Assembly (NCBI GenBank): GCA_903877885.1
Contig: CAIRFN010000005.1
Span: forward strand, 17,956-81,955
Direction: 5' to 3'
Length of the DNA: 64,000 bases
Source of the DNA: an uncultured Candidatus Berkelbacteria bacterium
GTDB lineage: Bacteria; Patescibacteriota; UBA1384; UBA12157
Shown here: positions 1 to 8,969 of the stretch, piece after piece
Numbering within the stretch: position 1 is the stretch's first letter
Layout: each line of letters begins with the position of its first letter
The notes under the pieces: generated by a model
Told to the model about the DNA's origin: nothing
Databases searched by the model: none
Seen by the model: the letters and a program-made list of their open reading frames with translations, nothing else
Program-made: the position numbers and the translations under genes

Positions 1-165
1 AGCCTTGTCACTAATGCTCGTATGAGTATAAATCATGAAGATCACGCTCGTAGCGAATACATAATTAATATTCAACAACTCAAAGAAGAATTGCTTTCCA
101 GATTGGATAAAAATAATCCAGCCGAAATTGACACTACAATCCCCGACAATGTTGTTGGTTATTAA
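1..165 (+). CDS. 3' end of a CDS truncated by the window start (..HARSEYIINIQQLKEELLSRLDKNNPAEIDTTIPDNVVGY*); function unknown
   Basis: Open frame 1 from the window edge to TAA at 163-165. Followed by a hairpin terminator at 189-214. Confidence 0.4.
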   Translation, partial: SLVTNARMSINHEDHARSEYIINIQQLKEELLSRLDKNNPAEIDTTIPDNVVGY

Positions 166-187
166 AATATCAACGTTTTTTCCACCC

Positions 188-215
188 ACCCGTTTCTTAA
201 GAAACGGGTTTTTTA
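188..215 (+). terminator. Rho-independent terminator
   Basis: Perfect hairpin cccgtttc-ttaa-gaaacggg (189-208) followed by tttttt. Confidence 0.7.
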
Positions 216-277
216 GTCAAAATTTTACTATTATTTAATAATTCGTTATAATAGTAAGAGATATATTTAGGAGGGAT

Positions 278-871
278 ATGAATACAACACCAAATACCAA
301 TATTGAAACTGAACCGGTTATGCCATTGACAACGGATAAGACGCCGGTGATTGTACCGATTACAATGGGCGAAAAACCAAAAGAAACTTTATCTGACGGC
401 GCGCCTTTGGCTATGCCAACAACTATTGATGTCAAAGAAATGGCTGACACCGATGAAGGTCCATCTATCGATATTCCGAATAATGTCGATGAACTTGATA
501 TTCAAGCACCAGTCGAACCCGTTGCCGAAACACCAGTTGTTACGCCAGTTGAAGAAAAATCTGACAAGATGCCAAAAGAAGAAATTAAACCAGAAGTTAC
601 TGATAATGAAGATAAAGAAAATCTGGATGTTGCTCCAGCCATCGAAAGAATAACGGCCATGATTAACGCAACTGAAAACAGAATTAGAAATTTGCAAAAT
701 AACCAGAGATTAGTTCAAGTCGATATGGTTAATGCCGAAAAAAAGAATGCCGATATTGAACGACAAATGGCCGCTTCACAAAGTATTTTAGATGGTCTTA
801 AAGCGAATTTAGATCAATTACAACAAATTCAAACTTTCGCTGAATCAACCAAAACCGAAACTGAATCATAA
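278..871 (+). CDS. Hypothetical acidic protein with a C-terminal coiled-coil region
   Basis: 197-aa ORF with a GGAGG-like RBS (aggaggg) 6 nt upstream of the ATG. Downstream hairpin terminator. No family recognised. Confidence 0.5.
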   Translation: MNTTPNTNIETEPVMPLTTDKTPVIVPITMGEKPKETLSDGAPLAMPTTIDVKEMADTDEGPSIDIPNNVDELDIQAPVEPVAETPVVTPVEEKSDKMPKEEIKPEVTDNEDKENLDVAPAIERITAMINATENRIRNLQNNQRLVQVDMVNAEKKNADIERQMAASQSILDGLKANLDQLQQIQTFAESTKTETES

Positions 872-880
872 AATTTAACA

Positions 881-920
881 CAAACAAAAAAACACCCGAT
901 TTATTCAGGGTGTTTTTTTG
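881..920. terminator. Bidirectional rho-independent terminator between convergent genes
   Basis: Hairpin aacaccc-gatttattca-gggtgtt (891-914) flanked by an A-run upstream and a T-run downstream. It serves the plus gene ending at 871 and the minus RNase J gene ending at 937. Confidence 0.65.
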
Positions 921-936
921 ATACTAGCTACTAATT

Positions 937-2706
937 TTAGACTTCGATTATAACTGGAATAATCATTGGACGGCGTTCAGTTTCGGTAAATAAGAACTCA
1001 CCTAATTCCTGACGCATCGCTTTCTTAATATATTCCCAGTTAGCTGGATATTTTTCATTGTGTTTAGCAAAACCTTTTTTAATTTCCTGGCGAGCTTTGT
1101 AAACCAAGTCTTCGCGCTCGCGCATATAAATAAAACCGCGGGAAATAATATCAGGGCTGGTGACTAATTTGCCAGTTTCATGATCGACAGTCAAAATCAC
1201 CACGAAAATTCCGTCTTTGGCCATGGCTTGTCGATCACGTAAAACAATATTTCCGACATCGCCAACACCAAGACCATCGACTAGGACGTAAGAAGCATCA
1301 ACTTTTTGATGCGAGATACGCGCGCCTTTTTCATCAATTTCAATCACCGCACCATCTTCAATCACAAAAGTATTTGCTTCAGGAATACCTAATTCTTGAG
1401 CCAAACGAGCGTGTAAAACCAAATGTCTATATTCACCATGAATTGGCAAAAAATATTCAGGTTTAACGTTAGCAATCACAAGCTTTAATTCTTCGCGCTT
1501 GGCATGACCTGAAGAGTGAACTTTTTCGCGTTCCGAACCATAGAAGACATTGGCGCCCAAACGATACAAGTTATTGACCGTATCGTGATAGGTGCGTTCG
1601 TTTCCCGGAATAGCGCCGGCCGAAACCACGACCGTATCGCCTTTTTTAATTTTAATTTGTTTGTGTTCCCCTGTACTCATGCGAACCAAGGCCGAATATT
1701 CTTCGCCTTGGCTACCGGTACAGATAATGACCAGTTGATTGTCGGGAATTTTATCAGCCGAACGAAGGTCAGTCAAAATGCCTTTTGGCACTTTCAAATA
1801 TCCCAAGTTCATGGCAATATCAATCGCTTTTTCCATGCTACGACCCGCTACCGCCACCTTACGATGATGTTTTTGGGCCGAGTTGATTACGCCTTGAATA
1901 CGATCAAGTGCTGAGGCAAACGAAGTCACAATCATTCGGCCTTTGGCTTTACCAAAAATGCCGGCAATCGTGTCGTGAACCACGCTTTCCGCAATCGGAT
2001 TAGATTTAATTTCAACGTTAGTTGATTCGAGTAATAATAATTTAACACCGCGAGCGGCAAATTCACCCAGTTTAGAAAGAATCTTTTGCGATTCCAACTT
2101 GTTTGGATCGAGTTTAAAGTCGGCAATGTGGACAATTAAACCTTCCGGCGTGTCGATCACTAAACCGACATCGTCCAAGAAAGAGTGAGAAAATGGGATT
2201 AATTCAATCTTAAAAACACCGAGTTGGATTTTGTCGCCAGCTTTAACCACCCGAATTTGAGGTTTGAGTTCAGCTTCAGCCATTTTGCTTTCAATAAAAC
2301 CAGCGGTTAATTTTGTCGCGTAAAGCGGACATTGTAATTTTGGCCAGATGTAACTGATAGCGCCAATATGGTCTTCGTGACCATGAGTAAAAATCATCCC
2401 GCGGATTTTGCTTTTTCTTTCTTCAAGATAAGCCACGTTTGGAATGATTAAATCGATACCGAGCATTTCGGCGCGCGGAAACATAACACCACAGTCAACG
2501 ATAATAATATCATCGCCGTATTCATAAACCTGCATGTTTTTACCAATTTCGCCATTACCACCCATTGGGATGATTTTGAGCTTTTTGGCTTCTGGCGCCT
2601 TGTACGTTTGAATTGGTTTGGCAGCGTTCGATTGTTGTGGTTGCGTGTAGATTGGTCGTAGATTTGGATTTGTCCCAAAAGTTTTGGGATTTTGATTGTA
2701 ATTCAT
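937..2706 (-). CDS. rnj: Ribonuclease J (metallo-beta-lactamase/beta-CASP RNase)
   Basis: 589 aa. Metallo-beta-lactamase motif THGHEDHIGA. The N-terminal region MGGNGEIGKNMQVYEYGDDIIIVDCGVMFP is typical of RNase J. Confidence 0.9.
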   Translation of the reverse strand: MNYNQNPKTFGTNPNLRPIYTQPQQSNAAKPIQTYKAPEAKKLKIIPMGGNGEIGKNMQVYEYGDDIIIVDCGVMFPRAEMLGIDLIIPNVAYLEERKSKIRGMIFTHGHEDHIGAISYIWPKLQCPLYATKLTAGFIESKMAEAELKPQIRVVKAGDKIQLGVFKIELIPFSHSFLDDVGLVIDTPEGLIVHIADFKLDPNKLESQKILSKLGEFAARGVKLLLLESTNVEIKSNPIAESVVHDTIAGIFGKAKGRMIVTSFASALDRIQGVINSAQKHHRKVAVAGRSMEKAIDIAMNLGYLKVPKGILTDLRSADKIPDNQLVIICTGSQGEEYSALVRMSTGEHKQIKIKKGDTVVVSAGAIPGNERTYHDTVNNLYRLGANVFYGSEREKVHSSGHAKREELKLVIANVKPEYFLPIHGEYRHLVLHARLAQELGIPEANTFVIEDGAVIEIDEKGARISHQKVDASYVLVDGLGVGDVGNIVLRDRQAMAKDGIFVVILTVDHETGKLVTSPDIISRGFIYMREREDLVYKARQEIKKGFAKHNEKYPANWEYIKKAMRQELGEFLFTETERRPMIIPVIIEV

Positions 2707-2718
2707 ATAACTTTCTAG

Positions 2719-3285
2719 TTAATTAGATATTTGATTTATTTCCTCAAGAATTTGAGGGATTTTTTTAAAGTCATCTTTCATTGTCTCTTTTAAACTATTT
2801 TGATAGAGGGCGGCGGCTGGATGGTATAAAACCAAATAAACCTGGTCGGCTTTTTTGTAAGCCTTACCGTGAGAGGTAGAAACTGATTTAAAATGGGGAA
2901 AGAAGACCTGCATGGAATGTCGGCCTAAAGTTACAATTAACTTCGGCTTGATATTTTTGATTTGATCAAATAGGTATCGACTGGTACAGACACGGACTTC
3001 TTCCTCCAAGGGATCGCGGTTATGCGGCGGACGGCATTTTACTACATTAGTTATATATACGTCTTCTCGTTTTAAATTAATACTTTCAAGCATTTCGTCT
3101 AAAAACTGACCGGCTTGGCCCACAAAAGGGCGGCCTTCTTTGTCTTCCGATTCACCGGGACCTTCACCAATAAAAAGAATTTCAGTGCTAACCGCACCTT
3201 CTCCTGGAACTGCTTGAATTCGCCCCTTGTGTAGAGGACATTTCGTGCAAGATTTAATTTCCTGCGAAATCGAGTCTAGATCCAT
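2719..3285 (-). CDS. udg: Uracil-DNA glycosylase, family 4
   Basis: 188 aa. N-terminal CTKCPLHKGR Fe-S cysteine cluster and the GEGPGESEDKEGRPFVGQAGQFL motif of family-4 UDG. Confidence 0.85.
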   Translation of the reverse strand: MDLDSISQEIKSCTKCPLHKGRIQAVPGEGAVSTEILFIGEGPGESEDKEGRPFVGQAGQFLDEMLESINLKREDVYITNVVKCRPPHNRDPLEEEVRVCTSRYLFDQIKNIKPKLIVTLGRHSMQVFFPHFKSVSTSHGKAYKKADQVYLVLYHPAAALYQNSLKETMKDDFKKIPQILEEINQISN

Positions 3286-3455
3286 TTACAACTTTCTTGA
3301 GAACGTTAATATAGTTCAAAAAATAAAATTGATACTTCCAAGAGTCCTGCCCCGTGACGACGCACTATCATAATACGATGTAATCGATTTGATAGTAAGG
3401 AGTTCTACGGGGTCTTTTTAATCTGATGTAGCCCTACTATACCACGAATATGGCA

Positions 3456-3485
3456 ACTTGTCAAGTTTACTTGGATTAATCCAAG
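3456..3485. promoter_or_regulatory. Operator-like palindromes upstream of the membrane protein gene
   Basis: acttgtcaagt (11-nt palindrome) followed by a perfect 16-bp palindrome cttggattaatccaag (3470-3485), about 45 bp upstream of the TTG start at 3528. Confidence 0.4.
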
Positions 3486-3527
3486 CAGATTTTTTCAAAA
3501 TGTGTTAAAATAGAAAAAAGGAGCGGT

Positions 3528-4061
3528 TTGAAAACTATCAGTTTGAAGTTTGTAGATTTAATGGTCGGGATTGTTTTGGGCGCCGGGTTTTTATGGGTAA
3601 CCAACTTTCACCAACCTTGGCAATATTTAGCCTTTCTTTTCGTCTATTTAGATATTTTAGATTATTGGCTCGATCATAGTTCAGCCCAAGCCAAATTTCC
3701 ATCAAAACGGATTTTTGATCTAGTTCTAACTATTCTCACCGTTTTAGCCATATTTAGTTACACTTTTACGATTCAATTTGGTCTCTGGCCATTACTCCTT
3801 GCTTTCGGTTTGTTTAAATTTTTCGATTTTATCTGGCTTATTCGAGTCGAAAAACAACACAGACCGCATGGCGAAGAGAAAATGTTTGTAAATTCCTGGA
3901 TTATTTGTGATATTTTGGAAGTCGGCTTTGCTTTGGCTATGATTATTCTTTTACTACAAATATCGATTCAACCAATGACTCTACTTATAATTTTCATCAT
4001 TTTCCGTGTTCTCGTCTGGCTGCTCGCCACCCAATCGCATAAAAAATTGTTTTTAAACTAG
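3528..4061 (+). CDS. Polytopic membrane protein, hypothetical
   Basis: 177 aa with multiple hydrophobic helices. TTG start preceded by aaggag. Confidence 0.5.
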   Translation: MKTISLKFVDLMVGIVLGAGFLWVTNFHQPWQYLAFLFVYLDILDYWLDHSSAQAKFPSKRIFDLVLTILTVLAIFSYTFTIQFGLWPLLLAFGLFKFFDFIWLIRVEKQHRPHGEEKMFVNSWIICDILEVGFALAMIILLLQISIQPMTLLIIFIIFRVLVWLLATQSHKKLFLN

Positions 4062-4120
4062 TCAAATATTATAACTATGATATAATCATATCAGTTCTAT
4101 TTTGTTGAAGGAGAAAAACG

Positions 4121-4303
4121 ATGAGTTCCCTTGATCCGAAACGATTAGCCAGTCAACGATTTGAGGATATCTTACGAGCTGGCGCTTTAGAACAAAGCCG
4201 AAGAGCTGTTCGTGCCGAAGCAGAAGCTCGTAACCACATGAACAAAATCGCCGCCGAAATCCAACGCAAAAACCGGCTCTCCCAGGAGCAAAAACCTTCT
4301 TAA
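4121..4303 (+). CDS. Small hypothetical protein (60 aa, basic/helical)
   Basis: RBS ggagaaaaacg before the ATG. Terminator hairpin immediately downstream. Confidence 0.35.
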   Translation: MSSLDPKRLASQRFEDILRAGALEQSRRAVRAEAEARNHMNKIAAEIQRKNRLSQEQKPS

Positions 4304-4332
4304 CCTATTTACTATCCGCTTCTATTCCACCC

Positions 4333-4353
4333 AGCGGCCTCGGCCGCTTTTTT
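4333..4353 (+). terminator. Rho-independent terminator
   Basis: Hairpin agcggcc-tc-ggccgct followed by tttttt. It overlaps the stop codon of the convergent minus-strand gene. Confidence 0.65.
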
Positions 4354-4918
4354 AGTCCTTGATTTTTCTTAACGCTTGCCACTCGCTATTTAGTTCCAAT
4401 TTTTCAATCCAATCATTAATATATTTCTGGTCCAATTCAGATTGAGTATCGATAACGCTTTTAATATCTTCAAGCTGTCTGGTTGATTGACTTTCGCGAA
4501 ACCATAGAAGTTTGCTAATAATTAAATCTTCGGCAGAGATGAATTTCACATCATAATCAATATTTTTCGTTTTTAATCTCGAAAATGCTGATTTTTCAAA
4601 ATCGCTTTGATTAGTAATGAAAAAATCAAATTTTAAACCGCTTTCAGGATCAATAACATTAAATTCACTTTTATATTTTAGAGCATGTTCAATTAAATCT
4701 TTATCAACATAACCTTGTGGAAAGACATCTTGAACTTTCTGGCTAAAATCATTAACCGCTAAATTAGCCATTTTAATTACAATATCAATATCGGCCGTAA
4801 ATCGTGGTCGACCGTAAGTCGTCACCGCAAAACCGCCAGTGATATAATAAGGAATCTCAAGTTCATCAAGAATCTTGACGATTTTTACTAGATTTTCTAA
4901 TTCGGGATATTTGTTCAT
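4352..4918 (-). CDS. Nucleotidyltransferase-fold protein (minimal NTase-like)
   Basis: 188 aa. GGFAVTTYGRPRFTADIDIVI fits the hG[GS]..x..DhDh NTase signature. Confidence 0.5.
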   Translation of the reverse strand: MNKYPELENLVKIVKILDELEIPYYITGGFAVTTYGRPRFTADIDIVIKMANLAVNDFSQKVQDVFPQGYVDKDLIEHALKYKSEFNVIDPESGLKFDFFITNQSDFEKSAFSRLKTKNIDYDVKFISAEDLIISKLLWFRESQSTRQLEDIKSVIDTQSELDQKYINDWIEKLELNSEWQALRKIKD

Positions 4919-5139
4919 CTTTTAAATTATTTAAAAATTTACCGGCTCGAAAAAAGTTGATGGTTATTTCCAATTTCTTCTTGATTGGCATTTCACGGTA
5001 AATTTTATTTTGCATCTCTTGAACTTTGTTCATTTGATTTTAGTATAGCATAAAATTATAACCAAAAAGAACAGCCTTGCGACTGTTCTTTTAATATCTA
5101 TGATAGATTGCTTCGCCTGAGGGCTCGCAATGACTATTT

Positions 5140-7236
5140 TTATTCTACATCTTTCATACTTAAACTAACTCTACCTTTTTCTCGGTCGACTTCGACGACT
5201 TTGACTTTAACAATGTCGCCGACTTTAACCTTATCAGAAACTTTTTCAATTCTTTCGTTGGCAATTTGAGAAATATGAACCATACCGTCTTTGTTTGGCA
5301 GAATTTGCACAATAGCGCCAATCTCATTGCCGCGCATGCGGTCTTTCAAAATCTGAACGACTGGACCTTCAAAAACTTCACCGACTTTTGGTTCGCGCAT
5401 ACTGCCGGCAATAATTTCTTCGGCTTTTTTGGCCGCAGCCGCATCAGTCGAGGAAATCATGACCAAACCATCATCTTCGATATCGATGGAAATAATTTCA
5501 CCGCCGCCGCAATCTTCAATAATCTTGCGAATATTTTTGCCGCCTGGGCCGATTAATTCACCAATCTTTTCTGGTTCAATGCGAAGTGATGTAATTCGTG
5601 GCGCGTATGGTGATAGTTCCGCTCGAGGTTCGGCAATAACTTTTTCGATTTTAGCTAAAATAAAGTTAATACCTTCGCGAGCCTGAAGAGTCGCCTCTTC
5701 GAGCCATTCGACAGACAAACCTTTAAGTTTGGTGTCCATTTGACAGGCTGTAATACCATTTTTGGTTCCGGTTAATTTATAATCCATGTCGCCAGCAAAA
5801 TCTTCCAAACCTTGAATATCAGTCAAAACTTTATGTTTATCGCCTAATGTCATCAAACCCATAGCAATACCAGCCACTGGCGACTTAATCGGCACACCCG
5901 CATCCATCAAAGCCAAGGTTGAACCGCAAGTTGAAGCCATCGAGCTTGAACCGTTGGAGGCCAAAACTTCAGATACAACCCGAATCGTATATGGGAAATC
6001 TTCTTTAGACGGAATCACGGCAATCAAAGCTCGTTCGGCTAAAGCGCCATGACCAATTTCTCGGCGAGAAGTCCCGCGAATCGGTTTAACTTCGCCGGTA
6101 GAAAATGGTGGGAAATTATAGTGATGCATGTAGCGCTTAGTGCCTTCTTCTTCCATGGTTTCGATTGTTTGTTCTTCACCAGGAGCACCCAAAGTAACAA
6201 TACTCATAACCTGCGTTTGACCACGAGTAAATAAACCGGTGCCATGAGTTCGTGGCAACAAGCCAATTTCAATATCAATCGGACGAATTTCGTCTAATTT
6301 ACGGCCGTCAGGACGAATGCCTTTATCAACAATAGCGTGACGAACTTCTTTTTCCAATAAATCGGACAGAGTAGTTTTCAATTCCGATTGTTTGTAATCA
6401 CCTTCAAAATTTTTCAAAATATCAGCTTCAAAAGTCGCAATGTCATCATCGCGTTTGGCTTTGTCCATTTCAATCATCACATTGGCCAATTTGTCGCCCA
6501 AATATTTCTTAACATCAGCCACAATCGCCGCTTCACCTGGATCTTCGGTTGTGTGCTTGGTGTCGGCAATCAATTTCTTTTGAATTTCCAAACCTGGTTG
6601 TAACTCTTTTTGGCCAAATTCAATGGCTTTAATAAAATCGGCTTCGGTAACTTCTTTAGCACCAGCTTCCACCATCATGACCTTATCAGCCACACCGGCA
6701 ACAACTAAATCTAAAGTTGATAATTCCATTTCCGCTTCTGAAGGGTTGGCCACAAATTTGCCATCGATTAAACCAACGCGGACAGCCGAAACCGGGCCTT
6801 CAAAAGGCGCTGGGGTTTGGCTTAATGCCGCGGAGGCGGCAATAATAGCCAGAATGTCGGGATTATTTTCGCCATCATAAGATAAAACGGTGATAATCAC
6901 CTGAACATCATTACGATATTTTTTTGGAAATAGCGGTCGAATCGGTCGGTCAACCAAACGGCAAGTTAAAATTGCGCGTTCTGACGGGCGACCTTCGCGT
7001 TTGATAAATCGGCTGCCGGAAATTTTTCCGGCCGCATACAATCTTTCCTCGTAATCAACGAGTAACGGAAAATATTCCGCATCTTCTTTGGCTTTAGCTG
7101 AAACAACAGCAGTTGCCAAAACCACGGTATCGCCACAGCGAACCGTCACTGAACCAGACGCTAATTGCGCCAATTTACCAGTTTCGATGGACAATTGCTT
7201 GCCACCGAGCATGGTTGTGAAAACTTCACTTTTCAT
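5140..7236 (-). CDS. pnp: Polynucleotide phosphorylase (polyribonucleotide nucleotidyltransferase)
   Basis: 698 aa. Two RNase PH-like domains followed by C-terminal KH and S1 domains (..GPGGKNIRKI.., ..VGEVFEGPVVQILKD..). Confidence 0.95.
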   Translation of the reverse strand: MKSEVFTTMLGGKQLSIETGKLAQLASGSVTVRCGDTVVLATAVVSAKAKEDAEYFPLLVDYEERLYAAGKISGSRFIKREGRPSERAILTCRLVDRPIRPLFPKKYRNDVQVIITVLSYDGENNPDILAIIAASAALSQTPAPFEGPVSAVRVGLIDGKFVANPSEAEMELSTLDLVVAGVADKVMMVEAGAKEVTEADFIKAIEFGQKELQPGLEIQKKLIADTKHTTEDPGEAAIVADVKKYLGDKLANVMIEMDKAKRDDDIATFEADILKNFEGDYKQSELKTTLSDLLEKEVRHAIVDKGIRPDGRKLDEIRPIDIEIGLLPRTHGTGLFTRGQTQVMSIVTLGAPGEEQTIETMEEEGTKRYMHHYNFPPFSTGEVKPIRGTSRREIGHGALAERALIAVIPSKEDFPYTIRVVSEVLASNGSSSMASTCGSTLALMDAGVPIKSPVAGIAMGLMTLGDKHKVLTDIQGLEDFAGDMDYKLTGTKNGITACQMDTKLKGLSVEWLEEATLQAREGINFILAKIEKVIAEPRAELSPYAPRITSLRIEPEKIGELIGPGGKNIRKIIEDCGGGEIISIDIEDDGLVMISSTDAAAAKKAEEIIAGSMREPKVGEVFEGPVVQILKDRMRGNEIGAIVQILPNKDGMVHISQIANERIEKVSDKVKVGDIVKVKVVEVDREKGRVSLSMKDVE

Positions 7237-7393
7237 GAAATCCTTTCGAGCACGAGAACGCAGAACAAATATCAGTCAACAACTTTTGCTAACTCGTATC
7301 TGTTCTACCTGCCTCATGCATTATTATTAATTTTTAATTATCAAGTTCCAGGTGTCAATTATCTTTCGAATATTGATACCTGATATTTGATAA

Positions 7394-7648
7394 TTATTTT
7401 TTTAACCCTAAATCTTTAATCAATTTCTCGTATTTCTTGACTTCGTTTTTCTTGAGGTAATTCAGCAAACGGCGGCGTTTTCCCACCATCATCAAAAGTC
7501 CGCGACGAGAATCTTGATCTTTGTTGTGCTTTTTCAAATGTTTAGCTAATTCCAGAATCTTCTCTGTTAAAAGCGCAACTTGAACATCGGTTGAACCGGT
7601 GTCATTTTTGTGTGATTGGTACTTTTTGACCAAATCTTGTTTTTCCAT
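7394..7648 (-). CDS. rpsO: 30S ribosomal protein S15
   Basis: Sequence ..[50 protein letters not shown].. The start is trimmed to the internal ATG at 7648, which has an AGGAG RBS. The ORF track extends to 7681. Confidence 0.9.
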   Translation of the reverse strand: MEKQDLVKKYQSHKNDTGSTDVQVALLTEKILELAKHLKKHNKDQDSRRGLLMMVGKRRRLLNYLKKNEVKKYEKLIKDLGLKK

Positions 7649-7776
7649 GTTTTTCTCCTGTTCGTTTATTCCAGATACCACCAGAATAAACCATCCCGAT
7701 AATCGGGCGATTAATTAATTCTTTAATTGATTGTAACAGAAAACTTGCCAAAAAGCAATAAATTCTGGTTAGTCAC

Positions 7777-7805
7777 ATTGACAAAAGCTCAAAAACATGG
7801 TAGTA
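7777..7805 (+). promoter_or_regulatory. Near-consensus sigma70-type promoter (TTGACA, 17-bp spacer, TAGTAT)
   Basis: ttgaca at 7777-7782 and tagtat at 7800-7805. It precedes the GC-rich gene at 7856. Confidence 0.55.
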
Positions 7806-7855
7806 TTTATCATTATGACTGATCTGGCTATCTAATCTGAAAGAAGGGTACGGAT

Positions 7856-8209
7856 ATGGTTATGGACGTGCGACACGTCAAAATCAACAACAACCTCTCG
7901 ATTATCGTAAGCTGCGGTAGAGTTACGATTAACGCAGGGCATGAATCGGATAACACCGGTTTGTCTTTCACCCTCCCCAATGATGTCAGCGAAGCGATCC
8001 TTGAAAGATCCGACACTGATGAACAACTGACCTGCAACTGCTACCCAATAGCTATGTTGCTACGAGGATTAGACTTAACGCTAACCGCTCTTCTGTATAG
8101 CGCAAAAAGCCCTGAAGAGTTTCAGGAAAGCTACGAGACGCTAAGTAGAGGCCTGGAAAACGTTAACCGCGACATGATATGCCTTATGCAAGCACGTCAA
8201 GGAAAGTAA
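7856..8209 (+). CDS. Hypothetical protein in a GC-rich single-gene island
   Basis: 117-aa ORF with higher GC than its surroundings. It has its own promoter and a strong terminator (8226-8257). Confidence 0.45.
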   Translation: MVMDVRHVKINNNLSIIVSCGRVTINAGHESDNTGLSFTLPNDVSEAILERSDTDEQLTCNCYPIAMLLRGLDLTLTALLYSAKSPEEFQESYETLSRGLENVNRDMICLMQARQGK

Positions 8210-8225
8210 TAGGCGTATCCGAGCA

Positions 8226-8257
8226 GGCGCCAGGGTTTCTACCCTGGCGCCTTTTTC
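8226..8257 (+). terminator. Rho-independent terminator
   Basis: Hairpin ggcgccaggg-tttcta-ccctggcgcc followed by ttttt. Confidence 0.75.
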
Positions 8258-8399
8258 ATTTTAGAGAACAGAAAATTTTGTTTATGACAATGACTTGACA
8301 AAGCTTGATTTCGAGAGAGAGTAAACCATTTAAAGCCCACCCCGGAGGCGGGCTTTAGGTTTAAATGATTTAGATGAAAGATTTTGATATAATTAATCT

Positions 8400-8834
8400 A
8401 TGCGAATTGAAATTGACCAAAGCGGAAAATTGGAAGACACACATAAACCTACTGTTGTGGGATTCTCGAATAGTACCAGCAAAACTGTGATTATTTTAGC
8501 AACCGAAAAGCAAAAATTGCAGAAATTTTTCCGCAATATTGGTAAACCAAATGTTTACCGTTACAAAACATTCGCTATCATGATTTTTCTCTTACTAGAG
8601 CACAAGCATTTGTCTCAAATAATTATTGATACCGAATATGTCGGTCAAGAAGCTGTAATCAAAAATTATTTGTTAGAACTATTCCGGAAAACCCGTAAAA
8701 ATTTGCTTAAAAATGTAATTATCTTTAAACAAATCGGCAAGAAATCACAAGCTCATATTGTGTCATACAATGCTTATAGGACCAAAAAAGCTGATCTTAA
8801 AATTTGCGCTAAAGATATTGAAAAATTTGTATAA
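8400..8834 (+). CDS. Hypothetical protein (144 aa)
   Basis: Intact ORF. No family recognised. Confidence 0.4.
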   Translation: MRIEIDQSGKLEDTHKPTVVGFSNSTSKTVIILATEKQKLQKFFRNIGKPNVYRYKTFAIMIFLLLEHKHLSQIIIDTEYVGQEAVIKNYLLELFRKTRKNLLKNVIIFKQIGKKSQAHIVSYNAYRTKKADLKICAKDIEKFV

Positions 8835-8969
8835 AAAAAGATCGAGTGTTTAATGAATATTTAAGGCTGGCCTAGCCCTCGATTTTCATCGAAGCGCCAT
8901 ACGGTCGATATCCCACCCGATTCTTGATTATATTATACTTTTAAATTTGATTTTTGTCAAGCTCAAAAA

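Noticed and set aside
3300-3460. Possible small RNA or tRNA in the udg-upstream intergenic region (ccccgtgacg...acggggtcttttt)
   Set aside because: No tRNA-like T-arm (GTTCGAATC-type) or cloverleaf can be drawn. It is more simply a long terminator-like hairpin with a possible promoter. Retained only as regulatory context.
5266-7383. Multiple 60-100-aa plus-strand ORFs antisense to pnp
   Set aside because: Embedded antisense frames of a highly conserved gene. No translation signals.
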